From positions 1 through 64,000 of the IMG/VR virus record IMGVR_UViG_3300037067_006927: a DNA stretch of 64,000 nucleotides; one strand, given 5' to 3'. The notes below the pieces were generated by a model. It was not told the DNA's origin. It saw nothing but the letters and a program-made list of their open reading frames with translations, and searched no databases. Numbering within the stretch: position 1 is the stretch's first letter; every line of letters starts with the position of its first letter. Positions 47,348 to 57,036 of the stretch are shown piece after piece. This DNA is from a virus. Lineage: Duplodnaviria > Caudoviricetes. Position numbers and translations under genes: made by a program.

Positions 47348-48769
47348 ATGGCGGAGGAAACGAAGGGGGCGTCTGCCGCCAAGCCCGTGAGCAAGATTGC
47401 GAGCATTGCCGGACAGGCGTACCGCGCAATCTCCGCATACGCGCGCGTGCTGAGCAAGACGCTGCTCCCCGAGATCCCGCTCTGGTCGCAGTTCAGTCGC
47501 ATCGGCGGTGGCATCGGCCCATCGGAGGTGTCGTCGATCCTGCGGGAGGCGGACACCGGTAGGCCAGCGCGGCTCGTCGATCTCGTTCACGAATGCCGCC
47601 AGAAGGACGGCCACCTACAGGCCACACTCGGCGTTCGCGAACTCGCGGTAGCCGGGCTCAAGTGGGGCATCGAGCCTCCGCCGGAAGCTGACGAAACCGA
47701 GAAGCGCTGCGCCGCACAGTGCGAAGCGGCTGTCCGCGCGAGCTCTGGATTCCACGTCCTGCTCGCTCACTTGACCGGAGAGGGATGCCTATTCCCGACG
47801 GGCGCCTGGGCGGAGATCGTGTGGGGAGTATCGACCGAGCGCGACTCGCTCGGGCTCGAGGTTCCGCTCTACACGAAGCCAATCAGTTGCCGACGATTCG
47901 GCTTCAAGCGCAGCGACGGGAAACTAGTATTCGTCGAGTACGGCAAGGACCCGGAGACGAGCGGCGTTGACCTGCTCGAGGAGTACGGACCCGGCAACTT
48001 CATCGTTCGACGCCCGCGCGTGAATGGCGACGTACCGGCGCGCGAGGGCCTGGCGTGTGTCATCACGTGGGATGCGGTCTTCCGCAACTGGGGTGTACGT
48101 GACTGGCTCGCCTGCGGTGAGATGAGTTGGCGTCCGTGGAGGATCGCCAGCTACGCGAAGGAGATCGAGAGCGAGAGCCGGACGGCGGCTGAAGAGGCGC
48201 TCGCGAATCTCACGGCGACGGGTTCAGCACTGCTGCCAAACACCGTCGAGATGAAAGTTGAGTGGCCCAAGGCGACCGGTTCCGGGACGCAGGGAGTCCA
48301 CCGCGAACTGTGCGAGTTCTTCGGGCAGGAGATCAGCAAGGCAGTCCTCGGCCAGACGCTGACGACCGAGGCCGGCAGTCGGGGCGCTCGCTCACTCGGT
48401 CAGGTGCACGATGCGATCCGCCGTGACGTTCGCGAGGACGACGCTGTCGATGTGGCTGCGGCTCTCGACCAATACATGATCACTCCGTTCTATCAGTTCA
48501 ACTGGGGCGAGGGAGTCCGCCGCGGGCACTTCGTCTTCTACACCGAGGACGGCGTCGACATGACGACGCTGGCCGACGTGATCCAGAAGATCGCTCCGTT
48601 CGTCGATATCCCCCAGGCGTGGGTCCGCAACGAACTCGGGGCGCCGGAACCGAAAGATGGAGAACCGATCTGCCAAGAGCGGGCAACCGCAGGCACCGAT
48701 CCGTCCGGAGGTGGAGACACCGACACCGACGAATCGGAAGACGACGACGAGCAAGACGACGCGGCGTGA
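47348..48769 (+). CDS. Portal protein, DUF935/Mu gp29-like (473 aa)
   Basis: KDGHLQATL..R...V.GL.W.I, W...FRNWG.RDW....E..G-like, EISKAVLGQTLT, GARSLGQVH. Acidic C-terminus. Confidence 0.92.
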   Translation: MAEETKGASAAKPVSKIASIAGQAYRAISAYARVLSKTLLPEIPLWSQFSRIGGGIGPSEVSSILREADTGRPARLVDLVHECRQKDGHLQATLGVRELAVAGLKWGIEPPPEADETEKRCAAQCEAAVRASSGFHVLLAHLTGEGCLFPTGAWAEIVWGVSTERDSLGLEVPLYTKPISCRRFGFKRSDGKLVFVEYGKDPETSGVDLLEEYGPGNFIVRRPRVNGDVPAREGLACVITWDAVFRNWGVRDWLACGEMSWRPWRIASYAKEIESESRTAAEEALANLTATGSALLPNTVEMKVEWPKATGSGTQGVHRELCEFFGQEISKAVLGQTLTTEAGSRGARSLGQVHDAIRRDVREDDAVDVAAALDQYMITPFYQFNWGEGVRRGHFVFYTEDGVDMTTLADVIQKIAPFVDIPQAWVRNELGAPEPKDGEPICQERATAGTDPSGGGDTDTDESEDDDEQDDAA

Positions 48770-48838
48770 GTGGGAGCGCGACAAGCGCTTCTCACGCCCC
48801 GGATACACGGACCGCCTCGCGCGGGCAGGGGTGACGAG

Positions 48839-49183
48839 ATGAAGGAAAACGTTTCGGTGGACGAAGTGATCGAGCTGTTGAACGAGTCCTTCCGTCTGGA
48901 TCCGGAGTGGGCGCACAACTTCGTCGAGACGCGCACGAAGTGCAACGACGCGGTGGCCGATCACCAGACGATCCAGTCCGGCACTCGTGATGGCATCAAG
49001 CACGTGGGGCCGCTGGGGTTCTTGAACGGACTGTTTGGCGTGGACGATCGTGGGTATGGTCCGATTGCCGCCAGTTACGACGACAAATCGTCGGTCGCGA
49101 GCGTGCGCCCGGTGACGGCGAGGTTGACCGGATTCTGCCGCACACCAGGCGCACAGCCTGTCGGCAGCGACGCTGACGAATAA
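48839..49183 (+). CDS. Hypothetical protein (114 aa)
   Basis: ORF between portal and protease. VGPLGFLNGLFG motif. Confidence 0.55.
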   Translation: MKENVSVDEVIELLNESFRLDPEWAHNFVETRTKCNDAVADHQTIQSGTRDGIKHVGPLGFLNGLFGVDDRGYGPIAASYDDKSSVASVRPVTARLTGFCRTPGAQPVGSDADE

Positions 49184-49211
49184 ACCGCCTAGCGCGGGGA
49201 CTGGTGAACTC

Positions 49212-50333
49212 ATGACCGAAAGCGACATGACGCGCGATCTCGCGTGGTCGGACATCTCTGTCCTTTCTGTGGACGAGGAGAAGCGGACCGTCGAGTACAC
49301 GCTGTCTGACGACTCCGTCGATTCCTACGGGGAGATCGTGGAGCAGAAGTGGCGGCTCGACCGGTTCAAGCGAAACCCGGTCGTCCTCTTCTCGCACAAT
49401 CGCCCCACGGGTGGCGGCATGTTCGGCGGCGGATCTCTATCGCAGGAGGAGACGCTGCCGATTGGTCGCATCGTCGGCAAGATCCGAGTCGAGGGCAACA
49501 AGGCCGAGGGCAAGAGGCTCGTCGGTACCGTCGAGTTCGCGCCGGCTGAGCTCAACCCGTTCGCCGACAAGGTGTTTCGGATGGTGGCCTCCGGCTACAT
49601 GAAGGGCGGCTCCGTCGGCTTCTACCCGCACGACGTGCGCAAGGAGAAGCGCGGCGAAACCGAGCATCACGTCCTTTCGGACAACGAGCTTTTCGAGTTC
49701 TCGATCACGCCGTTGCCGGCGAACGCAAACGCGGTGGCGAACTCGCTGGAGAGCCGTGAAGCGCGGCGCGCCTATCTCGAGCGTCGTTGCGGCGAACACA
49801 CCCAACCGGCCCCGGACGGCCAGGAGATCACCATGAATGAAGAGCAGTTCAGGGCCAAGCTCGCCGAGCTCGAGGCCGTCAACGTCAAGGCCGCGGCTGA
49901 TACCGCCGCTGCAACCGAACTGGCGCAGGCCGCGGAAACGAAGGCTGCCGAGCTCACCGCTGGGCTCGAGACTGCCCGCGCCGAACTCGCCACGAAGACC
50001 GCCGAGATCGTGACTCTCACCGAGAGCAACGCGACCCTGACGACCGAGCGAGACGCGCTGCGCACCGAGCGAGACTCCATCGAGTCGGACCTCGTCGAAC
50101 TCGAGGTGTCCGGGCTCGTGGGAGTGAAGTTCCACGCCGCCGAACTCGACGACATGCGCGAGGACCGCAAGCGTCTCGGCAAGGCCGCATTCTCTGCCCG
50201 CATGGCGAAGCGCGCCGACCTCAAGACGGCGAGTCCGAAGCTTCCCGCCGACATCACTCCTCCCGCCATGCACTCGGAGCCCGGAATCCTGGGCGACGAA
50301 ACGCAGAAGCACATCGACTCCAAGACGGCCTGA
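49212..50333 (+). CDS. Prohead protease (HK97-like) fused to a coiled-coil scaffold region (373 aa)
   Basis: VDSYGEIV, NPVVLFSHN, PIG, SVGF, ELFEFSITPLPAN.NA, then an A/E/T-rich coiled coil. Confidence 0.92.
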   Translation: MTESDMTRDLAWSDISVLSVDEEKRTVEYTLSDDSVDSYGEIVEQKWRLDRFKRNPVVLFSHNRPTGGGMFGGGSLSQEETLPIGRIVGKIRVEGNKAEGKRLVGTVEFAPAELNPFADKVFRMVASGYMKGGSVGFYPHDVRKEKRGETEHHVLSDNELFEFSITPLPANANAVANSLESREARRAYLERRCGEHTQPAPDGQEITMNEEQFRAKLAELEAVNVKAAADTAAATELAQAAETKAAELTAGLETARAELATKTAEIVTLTESNATLTTERDALRTERDSIESDLVELEVSGLVGVKFHAAELDDMREDRKRLGKAAFSARMAKRADLKTASPKLPADITPPAMHSEPGILGDETQKHIDSKTA

Positions 50334-50369
50334 AGGCCCCAACCAATCTCTCACTAGGAGAAAAACGCA

Positions 50370-50801
50370 ATGGCACTTCCCAATGGGGCCGGCATCCCGA
50401 GCTCTTTCCTCCGCACGTACCGCGTTCTCGCGGCCAACACCGTCCGCCAGGGCATGTCCGTCGTGTTCTCCGGCACCGACGTCGTCGAGGCCGCGACCGA
50501 CGATCAGTCGATCATCGGCATCGCCTATGGTGCGCCCGCCGGAACGTGGCCCGTCGCCGCGCTCGGCCAGGTCGAGGTGGTGCTGCTCGGCTCGCCCTGC
50601 GCGTGCCTCGTCCGCTCGACTGCCGCTGGCCTCACCGCCGGTGGATACTGCTGCCCGGGTGCGGCTGGTGCGGTCGACGTCGTGATCGGCGGCGCCGTCC
50701 TCTGCAACGTGATCGGCCAAGTGCTCCAGACCGCCACCGCGGCTGGCGAGCTCGTCGAGGTCAACCTCGGTTCTGGCGGACCGACCGTCACCGCTGCGTA
50801 A
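50370..50801 (+). CDS. Capsid cement/decoration protein, DUF2190-like (143 aa)
   Basis: Small Gly/Ala/Val-rich beta protein between protease and major capsid. AATDD.SIIGIA and ATAAGELVEV motifs. Confidence 0.75.
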   Translation: MALPNGAGIPSSFLRTYRVLAANTVRQGMSVVFSGTDVVEAATDDQSIIGIAYGAPAGTWPVAALGQVEVVLLGSPCACLVRSTAAGLTAGGYCCPGAAGAVDVVIGGAVLCNVIGQVLQTATAAGELVEVNLGSGGPTVTAA

Positions 50802-50843
50802 CCCGCGGCCAACCAACTACCCCTCACGAAGGAACCAGACAAG

Positions 50844-51992
50844 ATGTCTACCAACATCCACGAACACGTCGCCCGTAGCGATAAGGGCATCGCCTCCGAG
50901 AAGCAGCTCAACGAGCTGATCCGGACGCTGACCAATCCACCGAACGAGGCGGTCGCCAAGGACGTCGAGGCGATGAACGAGCGGATCCGCTTCCGGATTC
51001 GGCGCGCCACTGGTGGGCTTCAGGTCACGCCCGAGACGGCGATGGAACTGATCGCTCGTGAGTTGACCGTCGGCGACGTGCAGACGACGCCGGTGCTCCA
51101 GAACTTCTCGCAGATGTACGCGAATGACGAGTACATTGGCACGCGCATCATGCCGGTGGTTCCCGTTCCGCTCGGCACCGGATCCGCGTCGTACTGGACC
51201 CACGACCAGGCGAACGCCTTCACGGCTCCCGATGACTCGATCGCCACCGGTGGCACCGTCAACGAGGTGACCGAGGGGCTGACTCCAACCAGCGTAACGC
51301 TGCTCCCGCGCGCGTTGCAGGAGCGCCTCGACGTGAGGGTCAAGGCGGCCATGGACGCGCCGGTGGCACAGATGGTCACCCCGCTGCTCACCGTGCTGGA
51401 CGGGCTCTTGCTGAACCAAGAGGTCCGGATCGCGGCCATCGCTGGCGTGGCTGGCAGCTACGGCGCCAACACCGCTCCGATCGCGGCACTGGATCGGTGG
51501 AGCACCGCGGCTGGTGGCGATCCCGGTGGCGACATCGATACCGCCAAGGCGGCTCTGTTCGGTGGCAGTTCTCCGTCGCTGACGGTCGGCTTCTGCTCGC
51601 TCGCCGTCTACAACGTGTTGCGCCGGAATCCGGTCATCCTCGACCACTTCAAGTACACGGGTCGCGACGTGCTCGGGCGCCGGCAACTGGCCGACTACCT
51701 CGAGCTCGACGAACTGCTCGTGGGCGCTGCGCGGCGTAACACCGCGCTCCCCGGCGTGGCAGCCGTCTACGCCAGAATCTGGCCGGACGTCTTCGGCGTC
51801 GTGCGAGTTCCTCGGATGCCAGCCGTCAAGGTCGCGACGTTCGGGATCACGCTCGAAGAGCCGAAGAGCGAGATGGAATGGTTCGAGGCTGCCGAAGGCG
51901 GATGGGGCGCGTTCCACAGCAAGGTCGCGTTCGCTGATGCCAGCGTGGTGGTCAGCAACGCCTGCGGATTCCTCTACACCACCCCGATCTGA
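50844..51992 (+). CDS. Major capsid protein (382 aa)
   Basis: Size, position and the LLLNQEVRIA and WS.A.G.DP.GDI segments typical of Mu/lambda-E-like capsids. GAAGGA RBS. Confidence 0.88.
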   Translation: MSTNIHEHVARSDKGIASEKQLNELIRTLTNPPNEAVAKDVEAMNERIRFRIRRATGGLQVTPETAMELIARELTVGDVQTTPVLQNFSQMYANDEYIGTRIMPVVPVPLGTGSASYWTHDQANAFTAPDDSIATGGTVNEVTEGLTPTSVTLLPRALQERLDVRVKAAMDAPVAQMVTPLLTVLDGLLLNQEVRIAAIAGVAGSYGANTAPIAALDRWSTAAGGDPGGDIDTAKAALFGGSSPSLTVGFCSLAVYNVLRRNPVILDHFKYTGRDVLGRRQLADYLELDELLVGAARRNTALPGVAAVYARIWPDVFGVVRVPRMPAVKVATFGITLEEPKSEMEWFEAAEGGWGAFHSKVAFADASVVVSNACGFLYTTPI

Positions 51993-52001
51993 GGCTGAAC
52001 C

Positions 52002-52460
52002 ATGGCGGAGCAGAGCAGTAAGGGGGACCTCCGAGGGTCCTCCGCCACGAGCACCAAACAACCGGACGCCGGCCAACAGTCGGCGCCCGCAACCAAGACA
52101 GGACCAGAGATCTACTACGTCAGGGGACCTGGCTCGATCTCGCGCAGCATCTCGGCCAACGGGCGCGCACCGATGCGCGTTCTCATCCCAGCTGGCGAAC
52201 TGGTCGAGCTCACGGAGGAAGAGGCGGCGGGATACGGAGACGCAGTCGTACTCGGCACTCCTCCTCCTCCACCGACTGCTATTTCAGCGCGCAAGGCTGG
52301 ACGGTATCGAGTCGCCGGTCCCGGCAAGGTCAAGCACGGTGGCGGTGTCGGCGCGGACGGGAAGTACGTGCCCGGCGTGTTCCATGTCGCCGGGACGGTC
52401 CTGAACCTGACCGAGGAAGACGCGCGCTCACTAGGCGCGTCGGTAGTCGAAGCCGTCTGA
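52002..52460 (+). CDS. Post-capsid small protein with two copies of a ~45-aa domain (152 aa)
   Basis: Repeats YYVRGPGSI...VLIPAGELVELTEEEAAGYG and YRVAGPGKV...HVAGTVLNLTEEDARSLG. A third copy is at the TerL C-terminus. Confidence 0.7.
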   Translation: MAEQSSKGDLRGSSATSTKQPDAGQQSAPATKTGPEIYYVRGPGSISRSISANGRAPMRVLIPAGELVELTEEEAAGYGDAVVLGTPPPPPTAISARKAGRYRVAGPGKVKHGGGVGADGKYVPGVFHVAGTVLNLTEEDARSLGASVVEAV

Positions 52461-52478
52461 CGCATTCACGGGTGAGCC

Positions 52479-52949
52479 ATGGCGTGGGAGTTCATCACTC
52501 AGGTGCAACTCTCGCGCCGGATCTCACCAGACCGTCTGCGGCGCATCTATGACGACAGCCTGGTTGGTACTGCCGACGTCGACGCGGTGACGCAACTTCG
52601 GCGAGATGCGTCGAGCAAGGTGGCCAGCTATCTCGTCGGGATCACCGATCTGAACGCGGTGCAGGCGGCCGCAACTGCTGACGCCGCGCATGAGGTGGTA
52701 CGACTCACGCTCGACGTTGCGGTGGCGATGGCCACGCAGCGATTCCCCGAGGTCGTCCAGACGCTCGATTGGGAAGCGCTGATGAAGCAGGCCGACAAGG
52801 ACCTGAAGATGCTGCGTGAGTCGTTCACGCAACTCGACACGGAGCTCACGCCGAACCCGCCAGCGAACGTCGGTGGGACCGTCTATCCGGATCCTGATTC
52901 AACGACTCGTCCGCACACGTTCCACCAGGACGGCTTCGGGGACTTCTGA
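52479..52949 (+). CDS. Head-tail adaptor, DUF1320/Mu gp36-like (156 aa)
   Basis: WEFITQ..L...I...L...Y.D, DASSKVASYL and ..QADKDLKML pattern. Position after capsid. Confidence 0.78.
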   Translation: MAWEFITQVQLSRRISPDRLRRIYDDSLVGTADVDAVTQLRRDASSKVASYLVGITDLNAVQAAATADAAHEVVRLTLDVAVAMATQRFPEVVQTLDWEALMKQADKDLKMLRESFTQLDTELTPNPPANVGGTVYPDPDSTTRPHTFHQDGFGDF

Positions 52950-52959
52950 ACGGTTCACC

Positions 52960-53448
52960 ATGCTCGTGCCGCACGTCACGGTCGACCTGACCGGGTTCCG
53001 CGAACTCGCCGGGCAGACCCAGGCGCTGCTCGTGAACCTGTGCCAGGTGGCGGCAGACGCGGGTTCTGAGGCAGGCGCGGCAGAGGCCAAGGGCAAGCCC
53101 CAGAGCTGGTTCAAGGACCGCACAGGGGCCACGCGGCGCAGCATCGTAGCGACGCCATCGACCTGGATCGGGCGCACCGCATGGGGCGACTACCGGGCGA
53201 CGACTCCGTGGGCCCTCTTCCTGGAAGAGGGCACGAAGCCGCACCCCATCGATGCGCGTCGGGTGCCGAATCTTATATTCTGGTGGGCGCTCAAGAGCGT
53301 TCTATTCATCGGCCCGCACGTCAACCATCCGGGCAGCTACGCGCGGCGCTTCATGGGCGACCGGATGACCACCTGGTGGAAGGCCGAGCAAGCGGCGCTC
53401 AAGGCGGCGGAGCAGGGCGTCGCGCGGATCGTCAACGTCTGGCACTGA
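52960..53448 (+). CDS. Neck/tail-completion protein, HK97 gp10-like (162 aa)
   Basis: DRTGATRRSI, WALFLEEGTKPH.I and VNHPGS..RRFM motifs. Confidence 0.75.
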   Translation: MLVPHVTVDLTGFRELAGQTQALLVNLCQVAADAGSEAGAAEAKGKPQSWFKDRTGATRRSIVATPSTWIGRTAWGDYRATTPWALFLEEGTKPHPIDARRVPNLIFWWALKSVLFIGPHVNHPGSYARRFMGDRMTTWWKAEQAALKAAEQGVARIVNVWH

Positions 53449-53460
53449 GCACTCCGTTCA

Positions 53461-54210
53461 ATGACCGATTCATACGGCGCAACGTCGCTGCCACTGACGG
53501 CCATCTCGGATCCTGAACTCGAGTCTCTCGCAGACCCGGCACGTGCTCATGTCCTCGCCTTCTGCAAGGCAGTGATCGAGTACGAGTGCGAGGAGGCATG
53601 GCTGGCGCTCTGCCCGAACGAGCCGATCGTCCGCCGCACCCGCAACCACAATCCGCAGCAAGAGGATTTCTCCGACAACGACCTGCCTGCGCTGTTCGCC
53701 TGGCGTGGCGATCTCAAGCCGCAGTATTTCCAGGACGAGCATTGGGGAGACGAATCGAACATCGAGCTACTCTGGGTGTTCCCGCCGACTCCGATCCTGA
53801 ACGAGTCGAGCCGGCGAAGCATTGCGGTCGGGCTCTCGCGGGCGCTCCACAAGGCGTTCGGGCCGCTCAACGGCAGGCACCCGTCCTGGGTCGTCTCCGG
53901 AGATACGGACCCGTTCGCGGCCACCTACGGGTCGAGCCTGATCACCCACGGGAGTTTCGTATCGATCGACATGGACGGCTCGGTGCGCTCGGCCGACATG
54001 ATGGTTGAGATCGCGGGCCGCAAGGTCGAGTACAGCGGGATCTATATCTCGCTCAAGTGCCGCGAGGACTTCGTCCCGGGTGACGTCCCGACTGGCTCGC
54101 TTTCGATAGGTGTGATCCAGCGTTCTGTCGATGGGCTCGATGGGTTCACGCAGTACGTAGACGAGTCGCCGGCAATCTTCCCGGCGGCATTTGATGAGGC
54201 GTTCGCCTGA
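53461..54210 (+). CDS. Putative tail terminator/neck protein (249 aa)
   Basis: Position between neck and sheath. DLPALFAWR motif. Confidence 0.55.
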   Translation: MTDSYGATSLPLTAISDPELESLADPARAHVLAFCKAVIEYECEEAWLALCPNEPIVRRTRNHNPQQEDFSDNDLPALFAWRGDLKPQYFQDEHWGDESNIELLWVFPPTPILNESSRRSIAVGLSRALHKAFGPLNGRHPSWVVSGDTDPFAATYGSSLITHGSFVSIDMDGSVRSADMMVEIAGRKVEYSGIYISLKCREDFVPGDVPTGSLSIGVIQRSVDGLDGFTQYVDESPAIFPAAFDEAFA

Positions 54211-55029
54211 TGGCTGACCAGATCCGCACGCAGTCCGCCGCGCTGGCGTTCATGCCGCTCACTGCTGGGCGGCACGCCATCACGATCCAGATGATGCGCG
54301 ACATCGTCTATTCGCTGTTCTCGAAAGCGTACTTCTCGACGGCGGTGACGCTGCCGTCGCTCGCCGATTCAGCGGTGCCGACACCCGCCGCGCTGAGCGT
54401 GGCTCTCTACTACTCGACCACACAATCGGGACTTTGCTTCAAGGACTCGGCCGGCGTGGTGCACGAGATCACGTCGACCTGAAAGGGGACAACCAATGTC
54501 GAAGAGAGATCGCGCCGAGAGCGCGGATGCGGAGTACCGCGTCGAGTTCACGGAGCCGGAGTTCAGTACCGAGGAGGCACCGAAGCCGGAGCCCGTTGCC
54601 GAGCCGGCGCCAAGTGCGCCAGTCGCCAAGCGCGTTGCGCGTCCCGGGTTCATGCTCGTCGCGACGAATCCGTTCAGCGCTCTGGACCATCTCGGGCGTC
54701 CGTGCGGCGCCTGTCCAGTCGATCCATTCGATCCGCGCTACTACGACAAACGCAAGCCGAAGGTGACCTTCCGCGGCAACGTCGGAGCCGCGCGCGTTGC
54801 CGGAGAGGTGACGCGGCCTGCCGCTCGACTCGCCGAACTGCGCCAGCAGACGGAGCGGACGGACATCGAGTGGGCCTTCGTCCGAGAGCCATTCGAGATC
54901 CCGGAGACGAGTTTCTACAAGCGCCAGATTGCTGAGGGGACTCTTCTGGACGCGAACAACGACTACGAACGCGCGCGTGCAAACGCCCGTGCTCGGAGCA
55001 AGTGCGCGGTCGAGCCGCGATGGACCTGA
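54210..55029 (+). other. Two small hypothetical genes before the sheath (54210-54482, 54496-55029)
   Basis: Open frames with RBS and GC3 bias. Confidence 0.55.
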
Positions 55030-55049
55030 CCCACCTGTAAGGAGCAACG

Positions 55050-56927
55050 ATGGCACTGTTATCTCTTCCCGGAATCGGCGCGACTGACAAGGTGCCCATG
55101 GCGCCGAGTCAGAACTTGTACGGACAGGGAGCCTCGTCTGGCTCGCGTCCCTGGTTCGTCTGCTGCACCGGCAACAAGGTCGCTGCCGGCAGCATGACCG
55201 CCGATATCGACGTCCTCCCCGTCTACTCCGAGTCCGAGGTTGCCACGCTGGTCGGCGCCCGCTCGGAGATCGCACAGCAGGCACGCGAGGCGCTCGCGTC
55301 CGGCGCCGCGGTCATCCTCGCTCCCGTGCTCGAGGCGGCAGGCGGTGTCGCCGCAACGCTCGTCCTGCACTATGAGACGGTCGGCTCCGGCACCGGAAGC
55401 GTCACGCTCTACGTCGGCGACGAGACGGTGTCATTCGTCTGCGATGTGACGTCGAAGCAGACCACCATGAACGCCGCCGCGACTGCGGTGAATGCGAAGT
55501 CGACGCTCTTCTGCGTCGCCACGGTGGGCGGTGCTCCGGACTACGACGTGACGCTTACCTGCGCCAACGCTGGCCTTCGCGGAAACGACTGGCTCGCCAA
55601 GGCGGACACGACCGCTGCGCCCGCCGGCTCTGCGTGGACGTTCGGGTTCGCCGAGGACGTCGACTCGGTCATGCTGTCCTTCGCCACGACGGCCGGAGCC
55701 ACGCACTATGGCGATCACGGCGGCGCAACCGGTCCACTCACCGGCGCTCTGGTGGTCGGCGGAGACGCGCTGTGCCCCCCTGCTCGTCGCGTGACGGTGA
55801 CCGTTGCTGCTTCGGTTGGCAGCTACGTCAATCTCTCCGAGATCACGGTGACCGGCACGACTCTCGCCGGAGCTCCGCTGGTTGAGGTTCTTGTCATCAC
55901 CGGCACCGCCGGTGGCATTCTGCTCACCACGGTCGGTTCGTTCGCCACGGTGAACCGAATCGACATCGAGGCGCAGGCCGACGCGAACGGCCACTTCCAG
56001 ATCGGCACCGAGTATTCGGACGGAGTCGAGACGACTGCCGGATACGTGCACTTCACCGGCGGAACCGGTTCCGACGACTGCTCGAACGTCATCAATCTGC
56101 TCGAGGCTACGGAGTACCGGCGCATCGCTGCGGCGCAGAACGACGCCGTCAACGCTGCCCGGTGGGAGGCGCACGCTGACTCCGAATCGGCGCCGCTGCT
56201 CGACCACCTGGAGCAGATCATCTTCGGCCACAACGGCACCAGCGCCGCGGCAATCTCGCTCGCTCAGACGACGCTCAACGCCTTCCTCTGTGCCATGTAC
56301 CCGCGCCGGAACTCTCGCAAGCACCCGTGCCAGATCGCGGCCAAGGTGGCGGCCAATCGCGCCGTGTACGAGGCGCAGAATCCGCACGAGCGATTCGACG
56401 GCAAGTGGAACGACCAGGGCAGCAAGCTCTGGACTACCGTTTCCGCGGCCGCATCTGACGAGTGGACGCACGCCGAGATGGTCGCTCTCCTGGACGCCGG
56501 CTGCTCGCCGTTGCACGACTTCGGCGGGACCACCTGCATCGTCCGGAGCGTCACCAGCCACTCGCTCAACGGTACCGACCCCGACTGGCGTTGCCTGGAT
56601 ACGGCGTGGGTCACGGTGTCGCAGCGCGTCCGCGATGACGTCGAGGCACTGGCCACGACCGAGGCCGAGAACAACACAGGAGTCGGACCAGACCTGCCAG
56701 ATGGGATGCCGCAGATCAGCGGACGCAGCACGCCGAAGATCTGGAACGGCACCGTCAACGCATACCTCGAAGAGAAGGAACGCGCTGGCTGGCTGAAGGA
56801 CGTCGCGTTGAACCCTCCGATCACGGAGTACAACGACGACGCCGACAGGCTCGAGACGATCGTGCCGTGCGTGGTGTGTCCGCACCAGCACCAGATCTTC
56901 ACGTCGGTTCGGCAGATCGCCGGCTGA
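55050..56927 (+). CDS. Contractile tail sheath protein, Mu gpL-like, with inserted domain (625 aa)
   Basis: ..V.S.SE...L.GARSEIA, LTCANAGLRGND, FTGGTGSDD, LLDAGCSP...IVRSVT...D..T and C-terminal D.DRLE..VP..V...HQ motifs. Confidence 0.93.
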   Translation: MALLSLPGIGATDKVPMAPSQNLYGQGASSGSRPWFVCCTGNKVAAGSMTADIDVLPVYSESEVATLVGARSEIAQQAREALASGAAVILAPVLEAAGGVAATLVLHYETVGSGTGSVTLYVGDETVSFVCDVTSKQTTMNAAATAVNAKSTLFCVATVGGAPDYDVTLTCANAGLRGNDWLAKADTTAAPAGSAWTFGFAEDVDSVMLSFATTAGATHYGDHGGATGPLTGALVVGGDALCPPARRVTVTVAASVGSYVNLSEITVTGTTLAGAPLVEVLVITGTAGGILLTTVGSFATVNRIDIEAQADANGHFQIGTEYSDGVETTAGYVHFTGGTGSDDCSNVINLLEATEYRRIAAAQNDAVNAARWEAHADSESAPLLDHLEQIIFGHNGTSAAAISLAQTTLNAFLCAMYPRRNSRKHPCQIAAKVAANRAVYEAQNPHERFDGKWNDQGSKLWTTVSAAASDEWTHAEMVALLDAGCSPLHDFGGTTCIVRSVTSHSLNGTDPDWRCLDTAWVTVSQRVRDDVEALATTEAENNTGVGPDLPDGMPQISGRSTPKIWNGTVNAYLEEKERAGWLKDVALNPPITEYNDDADRLETIVPCVVCPHQHQIFTSVRQIAG

Positions 56928-56936
56928 CCAACCTTT

Positions 56937-56995
56937 CGGCGCCCGCGCTTCGCCGCGGCTGTCCCCCTCCGCTTCGCTGAGGCGCGGGCGCCGAT
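56937..56995 (+). other. Long hairpin in the sheath-tube intergenic region
   Basis: TCGGCGCCCGCGCTTC ... GAGGCGCGGGCGCCGA, a 16-bp stem with one G-U pair. Confidence 0.55.
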
Positions 56996-57036
56996 CCTCT
57001 ACCGCGGGCCGCGTGCCCGGAAGGGATTGATCCATC

